Source: Hydrolagus colliei
Lineage: Eukaryota
NCBI GenBank assembly: GCA_035084275.1
Contig: CM068747.1
Coordinates: 7,254,001-7,318,000, forward strand
Reading direction: 5' to 3'
DNA length: 64,000 bases
Position numbers and translations under genes: made by a program. Below are positions 25,147-39,217 of the stretch, in pieces; the first letter of the stretch is position 1; the number at the start of each line of letters is the position of its first letter. Below the pieces are notes generated by a model. That model was given only the letters and a program-made list of their open reading frames with translations, made no database searches and was not told the origin of the DNA.

Positions 25147-27719
25147 CTACGAATTGAACAATTTGAAGATGAAATAGTGAAATTGTATTCTATGACTTGT
25201 TTGGATAGTCGTATCTTCATTCACAACTATAACCTATTTTAAAGTTTGTCACTTCAAAAATCAGCGAAGTATTGTGCATTAAAATAGATTTATAAACGGT
25301 ACCACTCTTATTGATAGAACTTAATGTTTTACTAATCTTAACCATTCTGATGTTTCACGTTGCAAACTTTACCCACCTTATATTGTAGACTAATGTAGCC
25401 CAAAATCCTTTCACAAACTCAGCTTTCTCTGAGTTATGACCACCACTGATTATTCCAAAAACAGGTATACAAGTGGGTGAAATGTTTCCTATTGTCTAGT
25501 AACTTGGCTTTACTTGGTCCAATATATATTGTGTAGAATGTGAGTTTCGCTCTTATATAGTGCCTTGGGACGTCCTCCTGACATGAAAGCCACTATACAA
25601 GTGTAATTTTGTTGTTGTTGGCTTAGTTGGTAACGCTCTTGACCAAGTCAGACGATTGTGGGTTCAAACTCCTAAATTGGGACTTAACGCATATAGTCTT
25701 AAGGTGACAATAATTGAGACATCTCAATGGCATGATAAGGTGATACTGCATGAATTATTATAATACCATCTGGTTAAAAATGGTCAAAATTCTAAGATGT
25801 GGTTCACACCAATCTTTAGATCTACCCTTTGGTGTTCTGTTAAGCAGTAAACAGAAATGTAATTTTGAATGATTGGGTGTGCTCTGTGTCACACATAAAC
25901 CTGCGACTAAATGAGCTGCTCCATGGCCATTGCCTATACCACTCTAATTCTTGGCACTTTGTGCCAATGGCCTGAACAGGTGACTCTTTACAGTGTATAT
26001 TTATTAACTATCTTTCCTCACTATGATGTTCCATTTGATTGGGGTAGGAGAGAAAAGCCAAACATATAATACAATTTCATAACATATTGCTCTCTGCTGC
26101 TCCACTTCACCGATAAGATTGAATGTGGGAAGTTTATTCTGTTGTGCTATGTGCTGAAATATCTATTATTTTGACCCTCCTGCTCAATTGGAAGATGAGG
26201 GTGAATTAACAACTTAATAATATTGATTAAAAAGATCTGCCAATATCCTGAGGCAATTGCATCTTTGAGCATTTGTTCATTTCCCGCCCTTAAACTCTGG
26301 ATTAAATGTGGTTCGCCTTCATGCCCTTCTGGTGCAATTAGTCAGAAGGTTAGTTATGGCAGTGTAGTGCATTGACAGGCCTCAAAGTGAATACTGTGCC
26401 CTTGCTATGGGCAACATGAAAGTCTACATAAAGAGAGAAGCCTAGGAACAAGGATTTAGTGCGCCTACCTTCTCCTGAATTTGCTGCTTTCTTTTCCTAT
26501 CTTTCTTTGTAGGAGAGCTTCCCTAATCTTGTAAGTACACTACATATATTTACTTACTAATTTAAAGCAAATTCTCTTATTTCTTTCCTTCCTTAAATAT
26601 ACATTGCCAATATGATGAGAATTTCTCTCCAGGAGAGATTTTGATGGGTAAATAGTACTAAATTGTTTTCATTTGCCTTAAGTTAGTAAGTGGAGGGCAT
26701 AGGTTTAAGATCATTGTCAAAACTGAGAGGTTAGAAGATTTTTTAAAAAACGTATTAAAAAAATTAGGACCTGGAATGCCATATCAACAACAGCGATTAA
26801 AGCAGAATCTTTAATAGCTTTTAAAAAGGAATTAGGCAAATATTTGAAAATATAAAAAGGTATTTAGGATAGGGCAGGTAATTGTGACTGAATGCATAGC
26901 TCTTTCAGACGGCCAGCAAGGCCAAACGGCGGGGGAATTCTGTAATTACATTAAATACCTAATATTGTTATGGATGTTAAAAGACATGAATTCTTTTAAT
27001 AAAGACCCAAACTTTTTTTGTCAAAATAACGTAAAATAATTGATACATGTTTGCGTGAAACCTGATTTGCCAGGATTTTTATAAAATATTGAAATTCAAA
27101 AATAAATGAAGCACAAACAATCCAGCTGAATCTCAGCGCTAGAGGCTGTTGAAGATAGATGGACAGAAAAATGCAACACTTTAATGGCATATTAGTGAAA
27201 AATAACACCGTGCCACACTTAATGTGAAAGTTTAACTGGATAGAAATCTTCTCAATTAAAGTGAATAACAGCTTAAATTTCTTGGATGTACGATGTGATT
27301 AAAATTCTATTTGGAATTATGTAACACAGTGAAACGACTAAAAGCAGGTTAAACACAGGAATTAATAGTTTGTTTATTGTAATGGTATTGCTTTGGACTG
27401 GCTTGGCTGGCATTTTGATTTGAATTAGTACTCAAAATGACTTGTGCTTTCTATACCCCACAGAAAGTGAATCAAAAAATCTTCAAATATTTTTAAGCAG
27501 TTTGTCTTGCACATTTATAATGTACTGTATGTATTTCGCTTAAAAACAAGAGTCGATCATAAAATGTTTTAAATCAAATTTTAAAAGGTTAAAACAATGC
27601 GAATCAGATTCTCAAACCTCTCAAAAGAGCATGGTTAGTGATAGTACAAAATGTTTTTCTTGACTTTGTTTGTGTAGCCCAGCAAAGTACAGTATTAGCA
27701 CAACATTTTTAATATTTTT

Positions 27720-27995
27720 CAGCTCAATGTTGACAAGACAGAAGCCATACTGTTTGGCTCTCATTGATGTCTTCAATCCCATGGCTCTCACCTCCTCCAC
27801 CTACCTGACATGTCCCTAAAACTCCGAACCCATATCCAACTTAGGCTTCAGTTTCGAGCCCCCCAATTAAACTTCTTCCCCCACATCCAGTCCCTCACCA
27901 GCATCACTTTCTTCTATCTCCGACACATCGCCCGACTCCGCCAATATCTCATTCCAAAAGTTGCCGAAACCGTGGTCCATGCCTTTATCACCTCC
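27720..27995 (+). mobile_element. L2 ORF2 fragment
   Basis: ORF 27810..28007 FFYLRHIARLRQYL...AETVVHAFITS. Confidence 0.75.
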
Positions 27996-29792
27996 TTTTC
28001 AAGCTGATATTTTTAGGAATTTCATTTTCTACAACTTGTCAGTAGGTTAACAAGAAGAGTGTTATCTTTTGGCGCCAAAGATTGCTGGTAGCTGATTGAT
28101 ATAATGTGCATTTCATAATGTTTTCATGATGATCTGCAGCTTCAGTGCATTTTTGTAGAATTCAATATTTGTGACAATATTAGTCCAAATAGAACTTTGC
28201 TGCTGTGTGTGTTTTGTTGGATGAATATTGCCAATTACTGAAGAGTAAAAAAAAAGTTAACATGCATTTCTATTTGTCTGGGGGTGGGAAGTTACTGCAA
28301 ATAGTAACTGCATGTTACTATTTCCTCCTTTATGCTGAGTAATGGAATCAACCAGTCCAAAGTTAAGTCTTGGTCAATAGGTTGATGGGTAGCATAATAT
28401 CCTTCAATCATAAATTTTGTGCTTGACTTAAGCGTTGTCCTTATTTTATTTTGGTAGTATTGCTATTTTATTTACACTTCAATCTTTGTATGTTTTCTCA
28501 TGGTAATTTTTCCACATTGTAGCACCAAACTAACTGCTATTATTCTGGAATCTTTGCTGACTGAGGTGAAATCAGGCTTTGTGGATATAACACACAGTGA
28601 TTGCCTCTGAATATTGTAATGTTATAGAGGTGAAAGAGCAGTGTTCTGCCACAATGTCAATTCAAACCAAAGAATATGATAATTTTCTGTTTTTCATCTC
28701 AGCAGTGTTGAACAGATTATGTTCTATTCTGGTTATGTTCTATTCAGCTCACAACTTCATTTGTTATTTGATCAATGAAGCAATTTTAATATAAGAAAAA
28801 AGCATTTTGGTGGGAAAACATCATAGGCTATAATAGAACTAAACCTTGTAGTTTGATTTCAAAATGTATTATATCCTCGGAATACTTTGATTGTAATACA
28901 TGTTCGCACATTATTTCTGTTCCCTCTCTGTAATACATTAGCATTTACTATTGGTTAAATTGCCAGCTTTCTAACACTAACACGATATTTACCGCTATCA
29001 CTACTCCTATCACCCGTTAAGTGTGGAATGTGATAACTTGGGGCTAAAAAGATTTTGCCCATTAACATTTGATTCAACTGAGAAACCTATGGGCTCCTGT
29101 CTAATTCAAACAATTAATTCCAAAGATTGCTGCCGAGAGAGAGGCAGACCAGAAATAGAATTTTCTAATGTCTGAATTAAATAGACAAGCAAGGGGTTAG
29201 GTTTGGGTAAAAAGTAAAACTGAATAAACAGTGGATAAGATTTACAGTTGATTGTATTCTTGATATAGCTGTGGTAAATTTAATTTACTTTAAATGAAGA
29301 TATAAAGCATATGCCAACCATTTTGGTGGAAAACAAAAAGGACATAATAAATGCAATGAACCATTTCCTAATTTGACTGTTAAAAAAAATTGGGGCACAA
29401 GCAGTGTTCTCGACACATTTGGCTTGGAGCATTGCACTGGGTGGCTGCTTATGAGGTCACTAAGCATTTCCTTCATCTTTGTCTACACATACACATGTAA
29501 GTAAAGATGTAAGAAAGACCAAGCAACAATGTCTAGCGGAAGATGGTTGTAGTGAACTAGATGTACATTTGTTTCTATGCTGTGAGATTACTGCGATGAT
29601 CCAGTCAGCTGATAAACTCTTGTAAAGAGTTCTCTCGAGCTGTGATGAGGTTGGCGCAGTATGGTAGCCTACAGCTATCGAACGGAGAAATGGCCTTTTT
29701 GTGAATGCCATAGAAATGATGAGATGTTCAATGCCCGGAATTCCAGGACCAACCTCAGCAAAGAGAAAAATGGGAGGATTTGGAGGAAGAGG

Positions 29793-29990
29793 GTCACGTG
29801 TCCAGGACCCCGACATGTGATCCAGCCTTAGGCCAATCAGGGCATTTTGCTCACACTGGATGGGACAGACAAAATTGCAGTTTTATTTCGACATTATTTT
29901 TCCTTCGGTCTCTACACTGCATGTGACCATCTGTTCAAATCGAAATCGGGCAAAAAAGTGGAAAGAAAAACAAAGCTGCTTTTTGTGGGT
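29793..29990 (+). promoter_or_regulatory. Candidate internal promoter / first exon
   Basis: GTCACGTG (29793), CATGTGA (29814), GGCCAATCAG (29831), then donor TGG|GTAAGA at 29989. Confidence 0.35.
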
Positions 29991-32900
29991 AAGAAGATTT
30001 TAAAGGATTTCTGGATTTCAGATTTCATTAACAGACTTAAAAAGTCCAATTTTGCCAAATTTGATAGATTGACTTGATGGCCAGGTCTCATTAAAAGTGT
30101 CAATCTCTGTATACAGAGAAATATTGTTCCCTTCTATTTTTTGCTTGTCTCAATTTTGACTTTTAGGATAAAATGAAAAATGACCAGAAATTCTGAGCGT
30201 TACTAAAAGGCCTTGCAAGGATTTGGTAAGAATTTCAGCTCGCACTATTTCCATCTCTTATACGTTTAGCTTTTTTGTTAAGTGTGTTAACTCATGATAC
30301 TTTGGTGGAAGGAAGACTTTACACAGTTAGATGACATTATCTGTTTTGATTCAAAATGATGTGCACTTGAGTAATTCATATAGCCTTTTTTTTATAGGAC
30401 CATATGGTTGCGCAGAGAAATGTAAACAGACAAATAAACACTAGGTTTTATGTCCATTTAACTTGGGTTTATTGGTTTCTAAGCTTTTAAAATGCATAAT
30501 TCTAGAATTGTATTTGTGGGTTTACTGAACTACAATTTGTAATAAATCATTTTATTCATTGATTTATTTTGCATCTATTTTCATCTGTACATTTTGACTG
30601 AGTACTTAAACTGTATTCCAACTGTGTGCAATGAAGAAGGCACTATTTGTCTAGGGAATTAAGCTGTGATAAACCCAGTTCCACTGTTGCATGGAAGAAC
30701 CAGATATTGGCTCTAGCAATTTGAACATTTATCCAATGGAGATTTTCAGAATTATTTTTAATGTTTTGAGACAAGCAAGAAAACAATAATCTTTTTTTAA
30801 GGTAAAGATAACAAATGTAAAAAAAAAATTCTGAATGGCTTATTAATTTCAAATTTGAGTGTGTGTAAATTGGTGTGGATTCCAGATCATGTCGATTGGG
30901 CAGCAGAAATCTCCTTTTGACAAATGTTGAGTTTTATAGATTGATTATCAAATTCCATTAATTTCACCTATACCATCACAGTCTTGAATATTTCACAAAC
31001 TAATTGTATTTAACAATTATACTGTATATTAAACAAACTTTCAAAGGAGTATATGGTTAACTAATTGATGGTTACATATGATATTGATACATTTTAGATT
31101 AAATTAATTCCTTTATATGTAAATGTTCAAAGCAGTCTCAATATTTTGAGCATGAGGCTTTAAGAAAATGTAAAAAATTCATATTCTCCACCATTAGTTT
31201 TTAAACATCTATGTTAAATGATTTAGAAGTGTACATAATAAACTAGTATTCAGATAAATATAACATATTAGAAGGAAACTAGATCTTTTTTATTAATGAT
31301 TGTAATAAACTGGTGTTAAAATCTGGTGAATGCGGTATTATTCCTTTGTGCTGTATCGTACGTTGGCTAATAACGCATCTCTGGCGGTTGCCACTTGGTA
31401 CAGGGACATAATTGAATGTGGCGTTTATAATAAAATGTGTAAATATAAGATTAGTGTTAGCTTCTACATATGTACTGCACACACATAGCTTTTATCTATA
31501 GTTTCAAGGAATGAGACCTACTTATATGTTAACGGTACTGTACTTTGTGGATTTGTAAAAATATTTTTACACGGTAGCAACATGCGTGTTGTTTCAAATT
31601 ATATTTTCGAAGGACAATAATTTGAGCATTAGCTCATCAAACACCGAGCCGCCATGTCATGCATAAACACCATGAATTTAGTAATTGTGTTTCCTTAATT
31701 TGCATATTCAAAATTACAAGTTTTAATTCTTGTTTTGTGTCTTTTTGAAAAGGAATAGACACTGAAAAAATAATTGAATTGAATTGATTCATGTTAAATT
31801 AATTCAATTTTACTTTGAGACTATCTGCTATAGGACTGAATTTTAGGTGAGTAAAACACTAAAATACTGATTAGTACCAAACTACAAGTATAGCCAAAAT
31901 AAATGTCAGCCACATGAATAATTACAGCTGGGTTGCTGTATGACTAAATTCCTGGAAGGCTCAGAAAATCATGTTGTCTTAATTGCTGTCTTAATTGATG
32001 CTATAGTGAAGTTTATTTGTCTGAACTATCCCAAACATTCTTCACATTAATAAAATTTTGACTAAAATTCATGCTAACTAAAACATGATATTCATACAAA
32101 ATACAATATAGGATCTGTACACCAAATTATGCCCGAGGAAGCAAATCTAGATCATCTAAACTGCGCATCGTATGAATTCTTGCTTTAAACAAAATGGTGG
32201 CAACACAATCAGGGAGTTAAAATGTCGGTCTATGCGTGTAGTGTGTCAGTTTATGCACTGCCAAGTATATTCCTTCCTGAAAAAATATTGGGTAAGTGCT
32301 TGTGTATGTCGGACTTTTGTTAAGGTAGATGGTGACAGTTATTTCTGTTTATGTATTTAAACAAACTTAAGTTGTCCTTAGTAGTACAACTATTGTATTT
32401 ATCCTGGTATCTTAATGGGAAAACATCTTATCTCTGACTGTTTAATAGGTTTTAGTGGGAGCTGATACTTCAGTGTTAAGTATCTTTATGCAGGTGTGAT
32501 GGTCATGAAATCCACAGATAATTCACTTTACAGTATATTCTGTGAAGCGCTTTGAGACATCTAGAAGATATAAAAAGCATTATATCAAATGCAAGGATTA
32601 TTATTATCCATCACTACTCATGGTACAAATATTTATTTTAAATTCTCCAAATTTCATGTATTCAGATGCTCAACTCTACTTTAACGTTTTGATAAATAAG
32701 TTCCACACAGATATTATGAAGACTGTGTGCTTTCACGTCTCTTCTATATGACGAGTCTTTTTATTTACACTGACCTTCTAGTTAACGAATATTGCTTGTC
32801 TTCACAAAAACTCTTCTGCGGTTTATAAAACTCTTGAAACCATTACAATTTATATGGAATGAGTCGTGTATAAACAAAATCTAGAACAGTATTTTTGCTC

Positions 32901-34188
32901 TATATTCTGTCAAATCTGCATAAGACAGAAATAAAATGGAAGCAATTAAAAATCAGCTAAAATAATACTACAAGCATACTTCTACAAGAAATCGAGTGTA
33001 AAACTCATGATAAAACTTGAAAACGTTAGTCTTGACTTCTTGAAAGTGTTCAGTGCCCAACTGTACTTGTTGTATACTAATACTGTCACCGTACAATACT
33101 CAGTCCTTAAATTACCATTGTGTGTCACACTCTTTGCTTCGGTAGTAGAAAATAAATGTGCAAACTTTAATAAAAATAAAATGTACTGAACCCAAAATGC
33201 CGCCAATGTGTATATATTTTAATGCAAATGTCTTGTGCAGTGAATAAAATATCTTGCATGCATCTTATATTACAGTATGATGCCAGGGTAACTCATGGTT
33301 TCCGTAGAGAAATTAAAATATTCTGGGCTTTTCCCAAACTTGTCTATACACGTGTATATTAATTTGCAGCATTTTGGATCTTCTGTCTGTTTCTCCCCTT
33401 TTTCCTGCAAATTGATACAGCACAGTGTACCTCTTATCATACAGGAAATGGTTTGTGATGCACATAAGTTCAGAGTCCTCTCATTGGAAAAATATCCATC
33501 ATCCTGCAATTTGTCAGCCATGTTGTACAATAGATAAATATTTATGACTATTTGAATCTTGTAAGATTTTATCCTCCTGTGAGAAGGCATATTGATTTTG
33601 CACAATGGTGAGGGGGAATTATGTTGAAAGTTATTTGCGCTAAATTTTGTTACAGTTAATTCAGTTTGGATGTTTCACAGTTGAACATCAACATCTTCAT
33701 TCAAGTAATTTAGGCATTTGTTTGAGTTGTAGATCTTTAACATAGAGGAATTAGAAATTGGATTGGGGTGTTTTGTTTATCAACTTGTGAAACTAAACAA
33801 TTCTAAAACAATTAGAATAAAATAAAAAGCTTTAATAAAGCAATGTGAAATATGATTATTTCTTGACATTCTTACTAGATATGTAAAGTGCTATATCAAA
33901 TGCAAGATTTATTATATATTATTTATCATATTAAATGTTAAGATTTAGTACTGAGAAGTGCAAAGGAAATGAGTTGTCAAGTCCATTTTACTCCGCTGTC
34001 TGTTGGTTCGGAAATTTTAATTCCTAGTATTGATTTTAAAAAATCTGTGTCTATACATAATTAAGTGTGTACTAATTTATTTTTAGTTTTCCCCACTCTA
34101 TTTAGTTTAGGAATTATTTTGTAATGATTGACCAGGGGAGAGGACGTTTAGACCAGAGGTAATGGTGGTTTGCATCCCCCTGTCTACT

Positions 34189-34201
34189 CCCCCCCCCCCC
34201 C

Positions 34202-34271
<70 letters not shown>
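34189..34271. repeat. C14 plus (CT)n microsatellite
   Basis: Read directly from the sequence. Confidence 0.95.
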
Positions 34272-34275
<4 letters not shown>

Positions 34276-34319
34276 CCTCCCTCCCCTTCTCCAAGACACA
34301 GAAGCCGAGTGATTAGAAG

Positions 34320-34414
34320 TGACAGCTGTGGAGCCAGCTGTCATTGCCATCCAGAGCATGCTCCAGAAATGCACATATTCAGGCTAAGGGGGTGCATAAT
34401 CTCCTTTGATTTAT
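34320..34414. promoter_or_regulatory. Candidate enhancer (inverted Meis/E-box pair plus Pbx-Hox motif)
   Basis: TGACAGCTG-N6-CAGCTGTCA at 34320-34343 and TGATTTAT at 34407-34414. Confidence 0.3.
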
Positions 34415-35041
34415 CCTTAACGGGCTACAATGTCCAAAATATCAGCAATCACAAAAATCCTCCCTGTTAGGATTGTGGAAATGACTTCAGAACCTTACTG
34501 AACCTGCACCATTTGCTTACAGCTTTTTCTAACCTGTTTCCCTCCAGTTCACATAATAGTGTTTTCGTGTTAAATCTTGATTGTAACATATTCTATTTGT
34601 GGGATGTTTGCTTCTGAAGGACATCACGGTGTCTGATTGTAAATTAAAGCTGTTAAATCATGCTCTTTTTATAGAATGGCACTATAAAAGCAACAATATC
34701 TGAAAACTTTGACACTGCATGATGTTCGACTTTTATTAAAATGTTGTACAATCACAGATTTTAATGTGCCCAATGTAGTTGCACTACCAGAAAATTATGC
34801 ATTTGGAATTATCTTTAGCATCTTATTATTTAAGACCACATGGTTCTCACCATTAAAAAAAAACATTGCTACTGTTGTGTAACTACTAATAATTGCTATA
34901 CCTGATTAACTGACTTAAAATGTTATATTTTCTTATGAAATTGACTCAAGTGGATGAAATCCAAATTTTCATTGTATCTATACTCTTTACTGTTATCATT
35001 TTAAAAACATTCAGTCAGTTACTATCAAACTTTGTAGTGTA

Positions 35042-35452
35042 CAGGTACCCCGCCCCAACCGCAGGGGATACATTCCTGAAAACACCCATGGTTAGCAAAA
35101 CCACGGTTGGGAAATACAAGGCTTTACGGGAAACATGGGGTTAGGGGGAGTAAGCTGCTTGTTCTTTTGCTAAACACAAAAAAAACAGAATAACCTAACA
35201 AATAACACAATCAAAAAAATATTTAAAAAAACTAAAGTCATTTTATTTACCTTGATCCCAAAATAGAAACGACATTGTGGCTGGTTCATTGCGACATCGC
35301 AATTGGGTCCTAGAGCCAAACGCTAGTGTTAGTGTTAAAATCCGTGGATACACAAAATTCACTGCCGCAGTTGGCAAAGGTTGTCACAGAGAGGCAACTA
35401 TGGATACGTGAAATTCGCGGTAGAAAAAACCGTGGTTGGGGCGGGATACACG
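35042..35452. mobile_element. Tigger/pogo-like MITE
   Basis: TA|CAGGTACCCCGCCCCAACCGC ... GTGGTTGGGGCGGGATACACG|TA. Confidence 0.75.
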
Positions 35453-35658
35453 TATTTCATAATAATCCTTGCATTTGATATAGTGCCGGTCATGTCAGGA
35501 GGGCGTCTCCAAGTGCTTCACAGTATTTACTCTTAAGTCTATTTAGTAGGCAATCTGGATAGCCAATTTTCCCACTGTAATAATAACAATTCTACCAATC
35601 GATATAGTGCCCTTTATGTAGGGAGGATGTCTCAAAGATCTTCACAAAATATATCAAT

Positions 35659-36030
35659 GTGTTAGTTTGGCTCAGTTGGTAGCACTTTCGCCTCAGAATC
35701 AGAAGGTTGTTGGTTGAAGCTCCATGTTGGTACTTGGAACTCATATGGTCTAAACTGGCATTCCCGTGCAATGCTTTGGGTATGCCACATTGTTGGAGTG
35801 TAGTCCTTCGGGTGAGACTTTAATCTGAGGCTTCTGCCTGTACAGGTGGGCATTATACATTCCATGGCACTAATCGAAAGGCGAAGGAAGTTTCTCCCTA
35901 TTCCCTGGCCAACAATCCTTGAAGTAAAATTGCTCATTCATTTCATGGCTGTTTGTGCACTATGCCTCTATTGTCTACAAAATTTGGAATGACTCTACTT
36001 TAGAATAACTCCTGTGAAGTGTTTTGGGAA
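35659..36030 (+). mobile_element. DeuSINE (SacSINE1/LmeSINE1-like), near full length
   Basis: Head TGGCTCAGTTGGTAGCACTTTCGCCTCAGAATCAGAAGGTTG, Deu-like core ...GTCCTTCGGGTGAGACTTTAATCTGAGGC, L2-like tail. Confidence 0.7.
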
Positions 36031-38937
36031 GCCATGGATTAATGATTACTGTAGGGTACCACATCCTAGAATATCTCACGAGCGGCCATGAAGTGAATGA
36101 TCAATTTTATCTGAGGCATTGTTGACCAGGATTCCAGGAGAATCTTCCTTAACTTTTAAAGAATTTCATGGGTTCTCTTGTGTCTATCTCCCAACAATGC
36201 AGCACACCCAATACTGCAATTGGAATGTCAGCCTTAACTTTATGAATTCAAACAATAACAAAATTACACTTATAGAACACCTTTCACATCGGGAGGACGT
36301 CCCAAGGCGTTGAACAGGCAAGTCGGGACCCGAGCAAGGGAGAGGGGCAGGGTAGGGAGGAGTGGGAGAGAGATAGGAGCAGAAGAAGAAAGTCCAGACA
36401 TGGGCTAACTCAGAGACAAATAGCAAATCAGTCCAAGTAACTGTTAAAATGTTACCTTCCAAGAGGATCATGTTCTCAGTTGAACACTACTCATAATCAG
36501 AGCTCAGTGCTGGAGGTAAGCAGGGTCTCATTGGAGCTAAACTGACTCCCAAGGTGACATTTATGGCAATGAAATCTAAGAATTGAGCCAGCCCACTATG
36601 GTGGTCTGGTAGTCTGGTTCCTAAGCCAGGCTGTCTGCAGTATTCGAGGGCACTGCTGATGACAGCACAGCCAGCCCACAGCTCATTAGCAGGGCCTAGA
36701 AAAGCTGACATTGAGGACAGGGAGTCATCCCATCTTGTTTCTGCCCTTTTCATTCAAGAAGAGTTTAATGATCCGTGTAGTTTGGAGACAAACTACTCAT
36801 ACAATGGCTGGAGGTGCGGTACATTTTTAATATTGCTGAGTGGTCACATGCTGGATCTCAATGAGAGGATTTGAAGTGAGCAGGAGGATTCGGTATGATT
36901 AGAGAGTTTATCCAGGATTATTTATAAGGCATTGAGGATAGAGATGCAGTGATTCGATACGTATACATGAAGAATTTGGCACATTGTGCTGGTATATTAT
37001 GGAGCTGTGGAGCAGAATGGAAGTGTGGCATCTACAAGCTTGATTATCTGCTGTTATAAAGGCTTGTCTAACAATGAGAAGACTGGTGAAATGCTATACA
37101 ACATCAACTTGCATTTATATAGTGCTCTCCACGATGGACAGCGTCTCAGAGCGTTTAACAATGGCAGAACTCGAGGCAAAACCAGGCAGAGGTGGAGGTT
37201 ACGGGAGGCGCGGTTAAAGAGGAAGGTCTTCAGACACGACCTGAAGATGGGGAAGGAGGGTTTGAGAGAGGAAGTTGCAAAGTTTGGTAGGAGCGAAGGA
37301 TTCGGGGGTCAAGGAGGCTGGACCCAGCAGAGCATAGGTAGTGGGAACTGCTTTCAGGAGTGGTGGATGGTGCAAAGTCTTGAAATATGAATCTTCAACT
37401 GATGATCGGCATCTTGAAACTTTGATAGCATACTTTCAATAACATTGATGAGCTTCACCTTGATTACTGTTCCATGCTGTGTCCCCGTTCATGACTAAAT
37501 CACATCACTGAAAGAGCATGATAATTCACAAAGTGATCTTTTTCAGATTTGCTTAATAGTTCTAAAGCATGAATGCACCCTGAGGAGTTAGATTAACTCA
37601 CTTTATTAAGTTTATAAGATCACATATGTTCATCTTTAGTCAGTTATCAATTATGACGATTGGTCACCATTCAGACTTTACTGCCAATATTCAATATCTT
37701 GCTGTATGATGGATGATACAGAACCATGTTTGGTGTATGGATGGACCATGATATTGCTGCAGTAGTCCCATAATTGCAAGTTACAAACTCATTCTGCCAA
37801 CACCAAATAGAGTGGTTTAAACATCCTGCCACACAGAATAGGTTGGTAACTGTAAAATTATTATAATTAACAATGCAAATTGAATTATAATTTGAGAAAA
37901 TTAAATTGCTGTGCGCAATTGGCTGCTGTGTTTCACCCACAAAATAGACAGTCAATTCACCTTACAGGATATTCCATGAAACGCTTTGAGATGTCTTGAA
38001 CGCATGATAAGGTTCTATTTCAAATACCAGGATTATTTTTTATATAGGAAGCTGCAAATAGGTTGGAGTGGAAGGCTTGGATTAGTATTTAAAAGATTTA
38101 TGCTCTGTTAATATTGGAATACTTCAGATCAGATTTGTTCTTTATAACCTTGAAGCTGCTGCAGGCTCCAATACTCAGTAGAGATGAATCCAAATTAGAA
38201 GCAGCAGACACCTACACATTTGCAATTTCCACTTTTGAACTTTGGATCTTTCTTGGTCCCATATCAGGACTTTGAACTCATAATCTAGTCTGACACTGGA
38301 GTGCAATGTGGGGATACCCTGCGTTGTCGTAGACATTTTGGGCATAAATCCCGTTCTGTTCAGGCGTACATTAATGATGCATTTCATGGGATATTCAACT
38401 CGAGAAATCTAGGCCACTGGAGGTGTGAAAATTTCAATCTTGGTACCTTAAGGCTAAGCAATGCTAAGTGTAGAGCGCTGATAAAACTTAGCCGTGTATG
38501 GCACAGTACTTTGTTAAATGAGGTGCACGCAGGTCATCTCCGATATTTGTTGGTTTATATTAACCAGGATTTGGGTTTGTCTTGGTTTACTATTATAGAT
38601 CTATTTGATGCAATCATTTCTCTTACATTGACTGTCAAAATGATTTACTCAGTCATTTCCTTTGAGCTTTCCTGTTGAGATGTTCAATGATTTTCGTCTC
38701 CACGCAGTTTTGATGGTAGACATGATTTGAAATGCTTCCCCCATTCAATCCCTCAAAAAACAACGTAGCTGCAATAAGGATCATCAGAGCGCGAAGCATA
38801 TTTAATTCAATAGCAGAACCTATGGAACCGTGAAGGTTTGCCCTAACGCACAGAACTGCTAGCATTGGTTTGAGCTGTCTATTGTGTTTCGGCTCCTTTG
38901 GAATGTTTTCATGGTCTTTTAACCATGATTCTTGATT

Positions 38938-39217
38938 GTCAGCCTGGCTTAATTGGTAGCACTATGCCCTCTTGAGTTAGAAGGCTGTGGGTTCAGCCAT
39001 ATCAGAATTTGGAGTTCATATCGTCTAGGCTGATGCTCCAATTTAATGCTGGGAGTGTGCTGTATTGTTTGTGGATGCTGACGTTTGGATGAGATGTAAT
39101 ACCAACTCGGCTTCCCCATTCACCTTCAAATTGACAGTTTTTCTACTTTATAGTGTCCCCTGTGAAGCGCTTTGAGACATGCTCCTGATGTGAAAGACCG
39201 TATATCAAATGTTAAGT
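38938..39217 (+). mobile_element. DeuSINE-like element, internally deleted
   Basis: GTCAGCCTGGCTTAATTGGTAGCAC head, core GTTTGGATGAGATG, tail TGTGAAGCGCTTTGAGAC. Confidence 0.65.

Noticed and set aside
34114-34470. ORFs with RE and LS dipeptide repeats
   Set aside because: Translations of the (CT)n microsatellite
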